From NCBI RefSeq assembly GCF_030028105.1, contig NC_092371.1, positions 190,152,031 to 190,216,030 on the forward strand: DNA of 64,000 nucleotides, given 5' to 3'. The stretch's first letter is position 1, and every line of letters begins with the position of its first letter. This document shows, piece after piece, positions 50,441 through 62,314 of the stretch. A model generated the notes under the pieces. The model saw nothing but the letters and a program-made list of their open reading frames with translations, was not told the origin of the DNA and ran no database searches. The position numbers and the translations under genes were made by a program. Source of the DNA: Mobula birostris. Lineage: Eukaryota.

Positions 50441-51958
50441 TTTCAGAAGACCTTTGACAAGGTGCCACGCATGGCATTCAAAAAGTTATGAGCCCATGGT
50501 ATTACAGGAAAGGTTCTAGCATGGATAAAGTAGTGACTGTTTGGCGGGAGGAAAAGAGTCAGAATAAAGGAAGCCTTTTCTGGTTGACTGCCAGTGACTA
50601 AAGGCTGATTTATACTTGTGTGTACTAGCTTGCGCCGTAGCCTGCGCAAGTGGGCTACACCGTTGTGAGCATTCATACTTGAGCATTGGTGTATCTGCGT
50701 CGCTCTGCAATTCGGGCACGTACATGCATGTGCACGTCATGTATTCGCATGTCACGCATGCGCACACACCTGACTGTGCAAGGCTTCATGATCACGGTAG
50801 TCTTTCTCGGGGTAAACAAATTTAAAGCAAGCGTCTTTTTTTGAAAAAGCAAATGTGTCCTGCATAATTTTGGAGGTCTATAAAGCTTTATGGAAAGCAT
50901 TGCAGCCAGAGTTCCTTCCTTGCCCTTCAGTCCCCCAATGGGAAGTTATTGCAGCGTAGGAAGAAATGCGATGCTACCAAGCAGACCAATCACAGTTGTT
51001 GCGGTCTGCGTTGCCGCGACGCGTAGTTACGTTTTGGGAGAAGTGTGCATCAGACTATGGCATAGGGATCCACGTAGGCACTGTGTAGGGTTTGTGGCTA
51101 CGCCATACCTACGGTGTCGATTTGATGTGCAAGTATAAATCCTCCTTTATGGTGCTCCAAAGGGTGTATGTTGGGACCAATTCTTTTTACGTTATATGTC
51201 AATGATGGAATTGATGGCTTTGTTGCAAAGTTTGCACACTATATGAAGACAGATGGAGGGGCAGGTAGTTTTGAAGAAGTAGAGAGGCTACAGAGTGACT
51301 TAGACAGATTAGGAGAATGGGCAAAGAAGTGACACATAGAATACTGTGTCGGGAAGTGTATGGTCATGCATTGTGGTAGAAGAAATAAAAGAATTGACCA
51401 TTATTAAATGGAGAGAAAATTCAAAAATTGGAGGTGCAAATGAACTTGGGATTCCTTGTACAAGATTACCTAAAGATTAATTTGTAGGTTGAGTCTGTAG
51501 TGAGGAAGGCAAATGTGATGTTAGCAGGTTCATGAAAAGGATTCTGGGATTGAACAGCTTGTCATTTGAAGAACATTTTTGGGCCTGTACTCACTGGAAT
51601 TCAGAAACATGAGGGGTGACCTCAATGAAACCTATCGAACATTGATAGAGTGGATGTGGAGAGGATGTTTCCAATGGGGGGGGGAGTCTAAGACCCAGAA
51701 TAGAGGGAACATCCTTTTAGAATGGAGATGAAGAGATATTTCTTTAGTCAGAGAGTGGTGAATCTGTGGAATTCGTTGCCACAGGCGGCTGTGAAGGCCA
51801 AGTCATTGGGTATATTTAAGGCAGAGATTGATAGGTTATTGATTAGCCGGGGATAAAGGAATACAGACGGAGGATAGGAGAGTGGGGCTGAGAGGAAAAT
51901 GGTGAAATGGCAGAGCAGACCCAAATGACCTCATTCTGCTCCTATATCTTATGGTCTA
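50441..51958 (+). mobile_element. CR1 RT to 3' end (outer element of second nest, 3' part)
   Basis: FQKTFDKVP continues from IDKG at 39759; ends cctatatcttatggtct. Confidence 0.8.
50601..51147. mobile_element. MITE, possibly PIF/Harbinger-like
   Basis: TIRs aaggctgatttatacttg / caagtataaatcctcctt (16/18 match), flanked by TA on both sides; splits CR1 gtgacta|tggtg. Confidence 0.8.
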
Positions 51959-51959
51959 T

Positions 51960-52253
51960 CACCTTCCCGGTGCCTCTCCACCTCCCATTTCTCCCTTGAT
52001 CCACTCTCCTCTCCGATCAGATTCCTGCTTCTCTTGCCGTTAACTTTTTCCATTGATCACCTCCCAGCTTCTTAATCGCCCACCTGGCTTCACCTATCAC
52101 ATTCCAGTTTGTCCTCATTCCCCACTCCCCCCGCCCCCCCCAACCACCTTCTTCTGATATCTTCCCCCCCCCCACTTCCTTTCCAGTCTTGATGAAGGGT
52201 CTCGGCCCAAAACATCAACTGTTTATTCATTTCCATACATAGATGCTGCCTGG
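51960..52253 (+). mobile_element. Penelope-like 3'UTR with degenerate hammerhead, truncated by the gap
   Basis: cagtc-TTGATGA-agggtctcggccc-AAAAC-atcaactg...agatgctgcctgg. Confidence 0.75.
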
Positions 52254-52418
52254 NNNNNNNNNNNNNNNNNNNNNNNNNNNNNNNNNNNNNNNNNNNNNNN
52301 NNNNNNNNNNNNNNNNNNNNNNNNNNNNNNNNNNNNNNNNNNNNNNNNNNNNNNNNNNNNNNNNNNNNNNNNNNNNNNNNNNNNNNNNNNNNNNNNNNNN
52401 NNNNNNNNNNNNNNNNNT
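52254..52418. other. Assembly gap
   Basis: Run of 165 N. Confidence 1.
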
Positions 52419-52702
52419 CTACAGTTGTTGCGCGAAACTTCGCCGTAATTTAGGCATTCAACAGAGAAAAATAATCGCAATAACATTTGATTTCTTCTCG
52501 CAGAAGTTAAGACTTAATAACAACATATTCCAAACAGTATATCACATAATAAATAACAAAAGGCATGTTCTCCACCAACTGCATTTTAATCATTTACAAT
52601 CCAATCAACTTCACCAAAAATAAGCTCGGTGGGGGCGGGTAATACCGCTATGCGTTCAGGATCTTCCGGCAAGAATAAACAAGGAAGTTTATGTTTTTTT
52701 AA

Positions 52703-52726
52703 TATGTGTGTGTGTATGTATATATG

Positions 52727-52764
<38 letters not shown>
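52703..52764. repeat. (TG)n/(TA)n microsatellite
   Basis: Direct observation. Confidence 0.95.
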
Positions 52765-52768
<4 letters not shown>

Positions 52769-53169
52769 GTGAACTGAATCTTGAAACTAGACGTTCGCCC
52801 TGGTTAAATGGATTATCTAATTTTTTTTAAAAAGACACTAAATCCGCAGTATTACATGACCCTGCCACCACCCACACTCCATATACTCTGAGCCCGAGTC
52901 GGGCCTCGCGTCCCACTTCCTGCCTCGAGAATCAGAGTGTGGCCGGGCTGTGCTAAGTGGAAATGGGTGAGACCTACTGATATTCTTTTATAGAAGATGT
53001 TGAAATGTGAGAACACATAATTCAACGTCTCGCGTTCTCCTTTGCAAGTTTCAATTCAAAGAATGACGGAAGGTGTTGTTATGTGTAGAGGGGAGGTTGT
53101 CAATGTCACTATGAGTGGAGGGCTCTTCCCCCACCCTTCCTATTTGCGCCGTGGGCTGGACCTTGAGAA

Positions 53170-53494
53170 GGTTACATGGTAGCGCGCGGCGACGGCGCCT
53201 CTTCATCTCGTCCCGGCCTGAAATGGAAAGAGGTGCTGCAGGGGAGTTCTCTGCCTGCACTCAGCTCTACCGTATTCATGTCTGCACGCACTGCCTATGC
53301 TCACTGCTGCCCGATCACTTTGTACTAAATTAGTACAAAAATTATTCTAATCTTTTATTTCGTTTAAAGTTTCTTATTGCTATTCAGCTACTTTTCTTAA
53401 ATAAGATTTTGAAAACATAGACTGAACGCCGGAGTTAGAAAGTCAAAGTGAAGGAGGAAGGTCTGCTCAGAAGAATTCCCCCCTGAGGTAAACG
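53170..53494 (+). other. Probable non-coding first exon of an unidentified host gene (start approximate)
   Basis: Strong donor ACG|GTGAGT at 53494/53495 inside the CpG-rich region; alternative GAG|GTAAAC 7 nt upstream. Confidence 0.5.
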
Positions 53495-56400
53495 GTGAGT
53501 ACGTGTTGCTGGATTACAGAGCGAGAAACTGTGCAACTATCCGGGCTGTGTGTGCGAGTGTGAAGGGGGTCCGAGGAAAAAGTATGGAAAGGCCGGACTC
53601 TTTGCCATCACCCCCACCACCACCCCACGTCCGCCTTCATCTCTTTTCCACTCAATAGTTTCTCAACAAGTATTCACGCCCCCTTTTCTTCCCGAGGCCG
53701 CATTCTGACATTTTAGACTGCACAATAACCGCGACATATTGAGAATATCGTATCGACTAGATTCAGCTTTTGTTTTGGAAACTTATTTTTTCTCTCTCTC
53801 TGGAGATCACAACGTTGAAAAGTAAATTAACAATTCGGGTTCCAAAATGTTTTTTTTGGTGTGTGTATCTGTGGTGTTGAATGTTGTTACTCGAAAGCCT
53901 AGCTAGTGGCGGCGTGTAACTGTCTTCGAGATATCAAAATTCTTGTTGCTGTGAAAATCTCTTGCTCATTGACCGTTACAGTATCCGGCTAGAGTGAATG
54001 GTGACTCGTTTATTTGCACTCTTCTCATTACTGCCCACCGGCCTCAAACATTTAACTCTTTCCCGTTTTGCTAGATACAGCAGCAACATACTGCTGTGTA
54101 CAGTAAACTAAGGGTCCCGTGACGTTTGGAGAGAAACCCTTGATCGAATAAGGTCGAGGCAGGGTGAGTTATGCAAAACCGCGAACTTAGTTGTTGTCAA
54201 ATGGGGGTAAAGCTCTCAATCCTAAAAGTTAATATTCTGGTAGGACTAGAAAGTTGCCAGACTCTAAAATTGTACTTTAAACATTTTGACGGTATTTTAT
54301 AACTGGTTTCTAAGACGACGTACAGCAATCTCTGGACAGAGAGAGTCATACATACACAGCTTTTCGGTGTAGGACTTACGGCTGATAGGAGTATGAAGTT
54401 CTGAATCCAGACCTCTGATCGTTTACTTCCACTCTCATAGGGAGTTGAAAGCAGGCAACAGATCTTTCTGGTGAGAATGTGGAAACTTGGCAAGTATTAG
54501 TCCTTGGCTGGATTAATGGTAAGCAAAGGCCAACAATTTGTGACACAGACCTTTTTGTCCACACAATGTTTCGGGGGATCTTCTCGCACTGTTGTTTACC
54601 AGTCTGCAGTGTGCAAGTGGGAATACTTATAAAGCTCAAAACAGTGTGTGTCTTTGTTATTTTTAAGTACCCAAAATCTGATTGTGTGAAGGACGTTCTT
54701 CTCACTGGTGACCAATATCTCCTTGCTCATTTCCTTTGCAATTCTAACTTGAGGAAGAAAAACACTAGTTTGAATCTGACGCAACTATACATCTGTCGGG
54801 TCAGTCAACGATTTCTGAGTGGTCTGACAGAAATTTGTAAACCGCACTCAATTGAAAGGGTTTTTGCATCTTCGTTCACACTTCGTTGAATAGTTAATAT
54901 TGAAAGGAAACGTGCGCTGTTTAATAGTCATGTCTGGCTGTATAATTATGAGCATTTCCTCAATGGCCCTTTTCAAGCTCGAAAGGACAATTAGTCGGTA
55001 GTAGTGGCTGAGTTATCGGAATCGAATAATTTGTATGATGAAGGGTCCAACCTTTCCCAGATGTGTCTCATTGGAATAAGTTATTTAATTTTGTTTAGAT
55101 TGTACAATAATATAATAACTCTTTGGTAATGCTCAATAAGATGTGTTTTGTAACCAGTTTCAATAATGCAGCTTCCGGGAAATTAATTTTCAACATTTAA
55201 TACCTGCTATAATAGTGTTAATAAGAGGGGAAGTGCAGTATTTGATATTCAGAGCTTTTAATCAAACCTTCCAAGGTCATTTACAATTGCAAGCCAAATT
55301 AAAACTTCCTTAGTTGTGCCAATTAGTGTACTCAAACAGCACATCTTTTATTAGACTAGTGGGAGTTTCTTTTTCCTACACCTGTCTTTTAAAATGTTTG
55401 ACCTATATCTATTAATGTTGGCAGGAGTTATTAGTTGCTTTGTGGAGTTAAAATTCTTTTTGTAATGTCAACCAAGTCTTTAAAATATGCTCCAAGAATT
55501 GAAGGAAATTATATTTTATTTACTGTACAAGTTGATTTGCTTCCCTTATCGTATATCAGATAGGTGCAGTATATTCTTTCTTGTGTGAGGAGAATGGAAT
55601 GCCACTGGTACACGAAGCAAGATGGGAGGACTTTCCATGCCATTTAAGAAGTAGATACAAATGATCCAAACTCCTTGCCTAAATCAATGTTATATGCCTG
55701 AGATGGAGGCAAACAGACAGAAAAGAAATAATTTAAGATTGATTTCAAATAGCTCTTCAAATTGTACAGCAAGCAAACCTAAGAAATTCCAGTGATTTTG
55801 AAGTTCATTAGATTGCCACTGTAAGATGTCATATTAAACCCGACTTTATTTTGCAGTTTTCTGCTAAACTCACTTAGAGATATGTTGCAAAGTTATATCA
55901 TTCAATTTATTTTTTGGGCTTTAAGCTGTGTTCTTGAGTATAGCACAATTAAGAAAACTAAATATTACTTTATCTGAGTTGAGAGATGCCTTGGATGCTG
56001 AGATTTCTTCAAAATACTTTCCATTGTACAATCTCATAATACCTTATCTATGTATTTAATTTGCATGGTTATAAATATAGTGCGACTAATCAAGAAAAAT
56101 AAGCATTTACTTTGTTAACCAGTGTTAAGGTATAATTGGGATTCACTTCCTGCAATGGTAGGTTTCATTAACATTTTATATACTTCCACATGGGCTGTGC
56201 TTTATAGGAACTTGTGTATATGTCCATCTCCATTATTGTGGCAAGACATTTGCTTGCCTGACTTTTGAAATGAATTCATCCTTTTTAAATCTGTATACAT
56301 TTGCATTTTAATCAATACTTGTATGTTTCATTGGTAATGGGAATTTTTTTTATAGATGCAAAAGCCTACTACAGGATTACTTTGGTTTCTATTATTTAAA

Positions 56401-57384
56401 ATAATGCAGTAAATGTGGTCTTGTGTAGCAGCATTGGAATGATACTCAGCTGCATTTGAAATATTCATGGTTTTAAAATGCAAGTAGCTTCTTTTTCTGT
56501 AGTGGTTAACCTGGAAAATTAGATTTGAGTTATATAATGGATCGCCAAAACGTAATAGGATTTGCTATCCTTGTGGACTGTTGCTCTGCCAGCCTAATCA
56601 TATAATGCTGTAAGCATTATAGCGTTAAGAGCTTGTACAAGGTGCTATTTTAAAATGCTTTACTTTCTAAATTGCTAGAGTAAATATGCTACTTTAAAAA
56701 AAAATTTATTTCTCATATTCTTCAGGTAATGGCTTAAATTATCCAAATCAGTTGTTAACACTTTGCTTGAATGAAAATTGAATGTTTGAAAACTCTATTT
56801 AAACCAGTTTCAGAGAATAAGAAGATTGCCTAAAAATAAATACAGATTTTAGAAATTGCTTGAGCATTATATTTTGGGGCAATTTGTCTTGTAACCAGAG
56901 TATATTTTTTTCTTTGAAGAGATTAAAAATTGTAACAACCCAGTGAGATCACCACTTATTAGCTCAATTCTTTTTTTGTGTATTAAAAAAACTCTCAAAT
57001 GGAAAAGAAAAGTTCAGAAACTTGTTGTTTTCTAGATTGTTTCCTTTCAACTTACAAAGATTTGATGAAAAAAAAATTATTTTTACTCAAATGTCATGAA
57101 ACATTTCATCTACAAGTGATTTGTGAGCTACTAATTAATACTGCAGTGAGGCAGTCTAGTGTCCTGATAATGACTTTTCTCCATTTCCCATGTGAGCAGA
57201 TGCATGACAGTAGCTTATCAACCCTGAAGCTGGTGATCTAAAGCTTCTATGTCAGAGATTATAGACAGGGATCCACATCTGGTATCACTCTAAAACTATT
57301 CTGCTCAACACAATTTATCTTTAAAGCATAGATACCAAGGTGAAAAAACAAATCTTTTTCTCCTTTAAAACTGAGTGATGTTGC

Positions 57385-57497
57385 TTGTCTTGATCAAGGG
57401 TCTTTGATTTTCTTTCTTTCCAGAGATGCAGCATAACCAGTTGAGCGTTTCCAACATCTCTGCTTGTATTTCACTCTTGTAGCATCTGCAGTTTTAA
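57385..57497 (+). mobile_element. Old Penelope-like terminal fragment
   Basis: tgatcaagggtct...cagagatgcagc...tagcatctgcagtttt. Confidence 0.55.
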
Positions 57498-59059
57498 ATA
57501 TTCATTCCCCAGTCTTTTTGGAGGTGATTCCTCTTTTGACACGATAATTTATTGTAGTTTTACTTCTGTATTTTGCCTCACTGTCACAATAAGTCACAAA
57601 ACCTAATGATTTAAAAATAATTGGCTTGCTGTGGGAATGGCATTTAAAATATCTTGTCATTATCTGGAATTATGGTGGCCTAATAGGCTGAGCTTTGAAA
57701 CAAATTTTTATTTCAGATTTGGGAGGCACACAAAATAATGCATGTTACTCATGTGACCACGTGTAACTCTTTCTATATGCAAGTGAAATAACAAGAGGCA
57801 GCTGCACTATCTAGAAATGCAGAATAATTGATTAGCTAGAAACTTGCAACAATCAGTACTTTGTTAAAAGCCAATTAAAATGTATAGCAGCTTCAATTTT
57901 AAAATTTGTACTTGTATTCAGCTTGCTTTCATGGCATAATGTTAGTAACCGTATTGTAATAGAAACTACCAAATTCTAACAAATATAAAGATAACTGCGT
58001 AACAGGTTTACAACCTTGCTAGCTGGTGTTACTCTATGTGGACTTGGGAAATTCAGACATTGCTAATATATCCTAACAGTGTTGAAGTTATAATTTTAAA
58101 AAAATTGGAGATGAACAGCTTATAATCTGAGGTGGTGTTGCATCAGTAGTTTTGGTATGACTTGGAGTAGCTAAGTGGTGTGTAACAGAAATGTAGAAGT
58201 GCCCCAAAGATGGCATATACTTAGATCTCTGATCTTCAACCCTCATTGGCTGAGATTGGTCTGTCACTCAAGCAACAACAGCAGGACCAGTTACTAGTTG
58301 CTATTTGGAGAAGTTTTCAAATCTGGTGATAGAGATGCTTAAAAATACACAGCCACATACTTTGCCTTTGAGGGTTTTATTTGTGACATTATTGTGCTGG
58401 AGGGAAAGAATGATTAGTCATTTATGTTTGGTCACTGGGCATTGGGATGCAAATTTTGCAATTTAATTTTAATACTTGAGTCAGTATTTTGCTCAATATT
58501 TTTGGTTTCTGGTTATCTTGTACCCAGTTAGTGTCAGACACATTTTAATTCTCTTGAAGCATCAAAATAGCTGTAAAATATTTAATTATGTGACTAGATG
58601 TTCGTCTATTCTTGTGACAAATATGTCAGCAACTGTAACTAGAAACATTTGGAACATTCCAAGTGGAGATTTTTTCAAAATATTAAGTAACAATACTTGT
58701 TTTCACAAAATGTCTATTTAATATTTCCAGTTAGTTGGTGTGATTTATTTTTGTTTTAGGTTGATGGACTGTCTGTGCCATCTCATTTCAATCCATAGTG
58801 ATGTTCTCTAATATTTGCGTTGCTACTATATCCACAAGCCTGTATCTATATGGAGGATATTGTCTTTTGCTTGGGTTGTATTTTTAGTTGGATTACATGT
58901 TTGCACAGGTTTCCCTTGAGTGAAGTGAATTCTCCACAGGCTGGCTCGTCAGTACTTTATCTGTTGTTCTGCTCCACTTGGTGCTACGTATAACATTTAA
59001 ATGGAAGCTTTCAATCTCATCTATTATCTAGGTCCCTTTCCCTGCTTGGGTGCTGGTAG

Positions 59060-59392
59060 TGTGAGGGTGTGGGCTGAAGCTACCATGCATCCAAATTACC
59101 TGGATTGCAATGCCAGGGTCTCCTGGGTTCAATTCCAATTTGCAGTTTGTAAGTTCTTTCCATAGCCAAGCAATTTCTAGCTCCTAGTTTTCTTCCTCAT
59201 TCCATTGATGAGGTAGGTTAATTGGCTAATGTAAGTTATCCCTTAATGTAGGTAACTGCAAAAGAATCAAAGGGGAAGGGCATGTATGAGAGAAAAAAGG
59301 AACAAGGCAAAAGGGAAATAAGATGAAATGGCATTGATGCTGAGAGCTGGCACACACCTGATGGGCTGAATATCCTCCTGCGTCATAGAAAA
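59060..59392 (+). mobile_element. tRNA-derived SINE (HE1-like) with CR1-type tail
   Basis: cctgggttcaattcc B-box; gtaggttaattggctaatgtaagtt core; gatgggctgaatatcctcct tail. Confidence 0.65.
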
Positions 59393-59519
59393 TGCAAGTA
59401 AAATCCATGGCAGCTGTTGAATTTAAAATTAGATTGCTATCTAGGGTTTGGATAGGCTTGGTAGGGATGACTTGAGACTGTTGTTTTGTTGTTAGAAGCC
59501 CAATTGTTCCTATTGCTCT

Positions 59520-61435
59520 TTAGGAGAAAGAAACTACCTGCTGTGTCTCATCAATGCCTTCTGACTTAACCAAAAATCAGACCTATACTCAAAACAACAA
59601 AAGTATGACTGGATAGATGTGGCATAAACCTAGGCACCAAAATGGTACGTTGCAAAATCATGCTCATCCTGGTTCCTTACAACTGCCCCCCCCTTACAAA
59701 CACCCAGGGAGTGGCCTCCAAATGGGATAGTTGTCTTCACACTGATGATATTCTCCATTTTTTGTGGCACTCCTACCTGAAATAGTCCTAAAACTGAGCA
59801 CCCACAATGTTCTATGGGTTATTATTAGCAGCAACATTGTAGAATTTTCACAATCACAATCTGCTTGCTCTCAAGTATGCTGAACAAGTAAAACAGCATG
59901 TTAGAAATTATCAAGTGAGCCACCAGCCAACAGAATAAGATCAAGCTGTACAGTACTGCCACATTACATCGTGAATGGATGTGGTTAATTAAACAGTAGA
60001 CAGGAAGAAGAGATTCTAAAAATGTCCCCATGCACTTTCTTGTGCGGCTACTCAGCTTAAGTTCCAGTTTGAGTGTCAAAACTGAGACTGAAGTACTTGT
60101 AAGCATGTTCAACCAAAAGTTATGGATGATTCACGTGGATTTCCTCTTGAGGTTCCCACATTTCAGAAGCCAGTCCAGTCATTTCAGTTCATTCCATGTG
60201 ATCAGAAAGCTGCTGAGTAGATTGAACATTACAAATTCAATAATTACTGAAGGTTAGATTTTTCCCCTCAATGATTTTGCAAAATGATGGAAAGTGTCAT
60301 TAGAGTTTTGAACAGGATTCAATTGCAAATAATCTGCTTGTGATATTCAATCTAGGTTTGCCAGCGCCATTCTGCCTCAACCACAGGCCAATGTGGACTA
60401 AGTAACTCAATTCAGAGGTGAAATAAGAATGATTGTCCTTGATGTCAAGGCAACTTTTAATGGAGTGTGGGATCAATAAGCCCTGATAAAACAGAGGTTA
60501 ATAGGCATCAAGGAGAAGACATTCCAATATCTGGAGTTGTACTTTCCACAAAGAAATGCAGTTGAGGTTAATGGAGGCCAATTGTCCCAACCCCGAGCAT
60601 TATAGTAGTAATCTATGGGACAATGTCCTGGGCTTGAACATCAGCTGCTTTATCGATGCCCTTTCTTTCATCATAAGATCAGATATGTGATTTGCAATCT
60701 TGCAAAATCGTCACTTCTGTTTGCAACCAAAAAAGAATGAAGCAAAGTCTAGATATAATTTGCAAAGCGGTGAGTAGCATTCATGCCATAAAAGCATTAG
60801 ACAGTAACTGTCTCCAGCAACAGAGGATTTAACAGGTTGTTCTTGATGTTCAATGGTATTACCAGTGCTCATCCCACCATCAGCTTACTGAGGATCAGAA
60901 AAACCTAACTGGATTGTTCACGTAAGGCAAGTAAAGCAGGCCAGAGGCTGGATATCCTATGACAAATGACTCTCTTCCATGATTAACAGGCACAAGTCAG
61001 GAAGGTGATGGAATATTCTCCATTTACCTGGATGAGCACAGTTTCAACAACCCTCACGAAGATCAACAGCACCCAAGGTGACAAAGCAACTGAGTTAACT
61101 GACCAGCCAGCACTTGTTCCTTCAGCAGCATGCACCATGATTGTAGTGCAAGTTTGCTCCTCACAAACTTGTGTTCACTACCAGTAGGATGGACAAGGAA
61201 TCATGAAAGCTCCACCACCTGCGGATTGCCCTTTAGTTTCTGCAGCACTCTGACTTGAAATTGTATCCCAATGCCTTGGTGTGTTTAAATCCTAGAATTG
61301 ACTCCACAACACCATGGTGCAACTGCCTTTGGAAGACCTACTACAGTTCAAGTAATGACTTAAAGTTTCTCAAAGGCAATCAGAGATGGGCAATTGATAG
61401 TTAACTAGCCAGCTATGCTTGTTGCCTGAAAAAAA
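59520..61435 (+). mobile_element. Ancient CR1-clade LINE remnant
   Basis: VLDVKATFNGVWDQ (LDxxxAFDxVWH-like) near 60435; degenerate throughout. Confidence 0.55.
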
Positions 61436-61928
61436 TAACTAAAAATGTAGAGGGGGATTCCCTTTGACTATGAGGTAATTTTAAATATGAGTACACGATG
61501 AACAGTAAAAGGTGGGAATGTCAAGATGTTTGTTGAAAAAGAACAAGATTATTTGTGCAGTGCACAGTGACAAGGTGAATAGTTTCAAGGGCAGAAACTT
61601 TAACACTTTTTAATTGGGGAATTTTGGGAGCAGGGATGAAGCTGGAATTAGCATAGACAGTTTAGCTAGAATTGGGATAGTTACATCAGTAGTAAATGTC
61701 AATATACCTTTGGACATGATACCAGCTCTTTAATAGTCAGAGTTCTTATGGCCCGTTGGGTTTGTGCCAGCTGTTTGTGGAGCAGTTCCGCAGGTCCATT
61801 TTCTTTGCTTTGCTTTGCTTCCCTGTGTACCTGCAAAATTTGCTACTGCCTGTCCAATTCACTTTTTAAAGCTCTGTTTGTTTCCAGCATTGAATTCAAA
61901 GTTCCAGATGAGAGCTGTTCTATGCTTT

Positions 61929-62145
61929 GCAACACACACAAAATGCTGGAAGCATTCAGCAGGTCAGGCAGCATCTGTGGAAAGGAGAAAGCAGTCAACG
62001 TTTCAGGCTGAGACCCTTCTTCAGTCCTAAATAAGGGTCTTGTTTACTCTTGTTCCATAGATGCTGCCTGACCTGCTGAGTTCTTCCAGCATTTTGTGTG
62101 TGTTGCTTTGGATTTCCAGCATCTGCAGATTTTCTTGTGTTCGTA
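61929..62145. mobile_element. Miniature inverted Penelope-like insertion (#4)
   Basis: Two inverted terminal pieces; 11-bp TSD TTCTATGCTTT (61918-61928 and 62146-62156). Confidence 0.85.
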
Positions 62146-62314
62146 TTCTATGCTTTTCTTTAATACACAACCTTCCCTCGCACCCATTTATCTATTTGGC
62201 AAGTCCTGTGGACTTCAGATCAACTACTAATAGAAGCAGCTTTTCACCATCTTTCATATTAAAATAGTTACTGTATATCTGTCAATCTTATTTGCAATGA
62301 GGAGAACAACCTCT

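Larger units (their letters stand above)
52419..54200. promoter_or_regulatory. CpG-rich unique region, probable promoter
   Basis: Many CpGs (gcgcgcggcgacggcgcc, ctcgcg, gccgcg) in non-TE sequence against a CpG-poor background; ETS-like CACTTCCTG near 52914. Confidence 0.65.
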
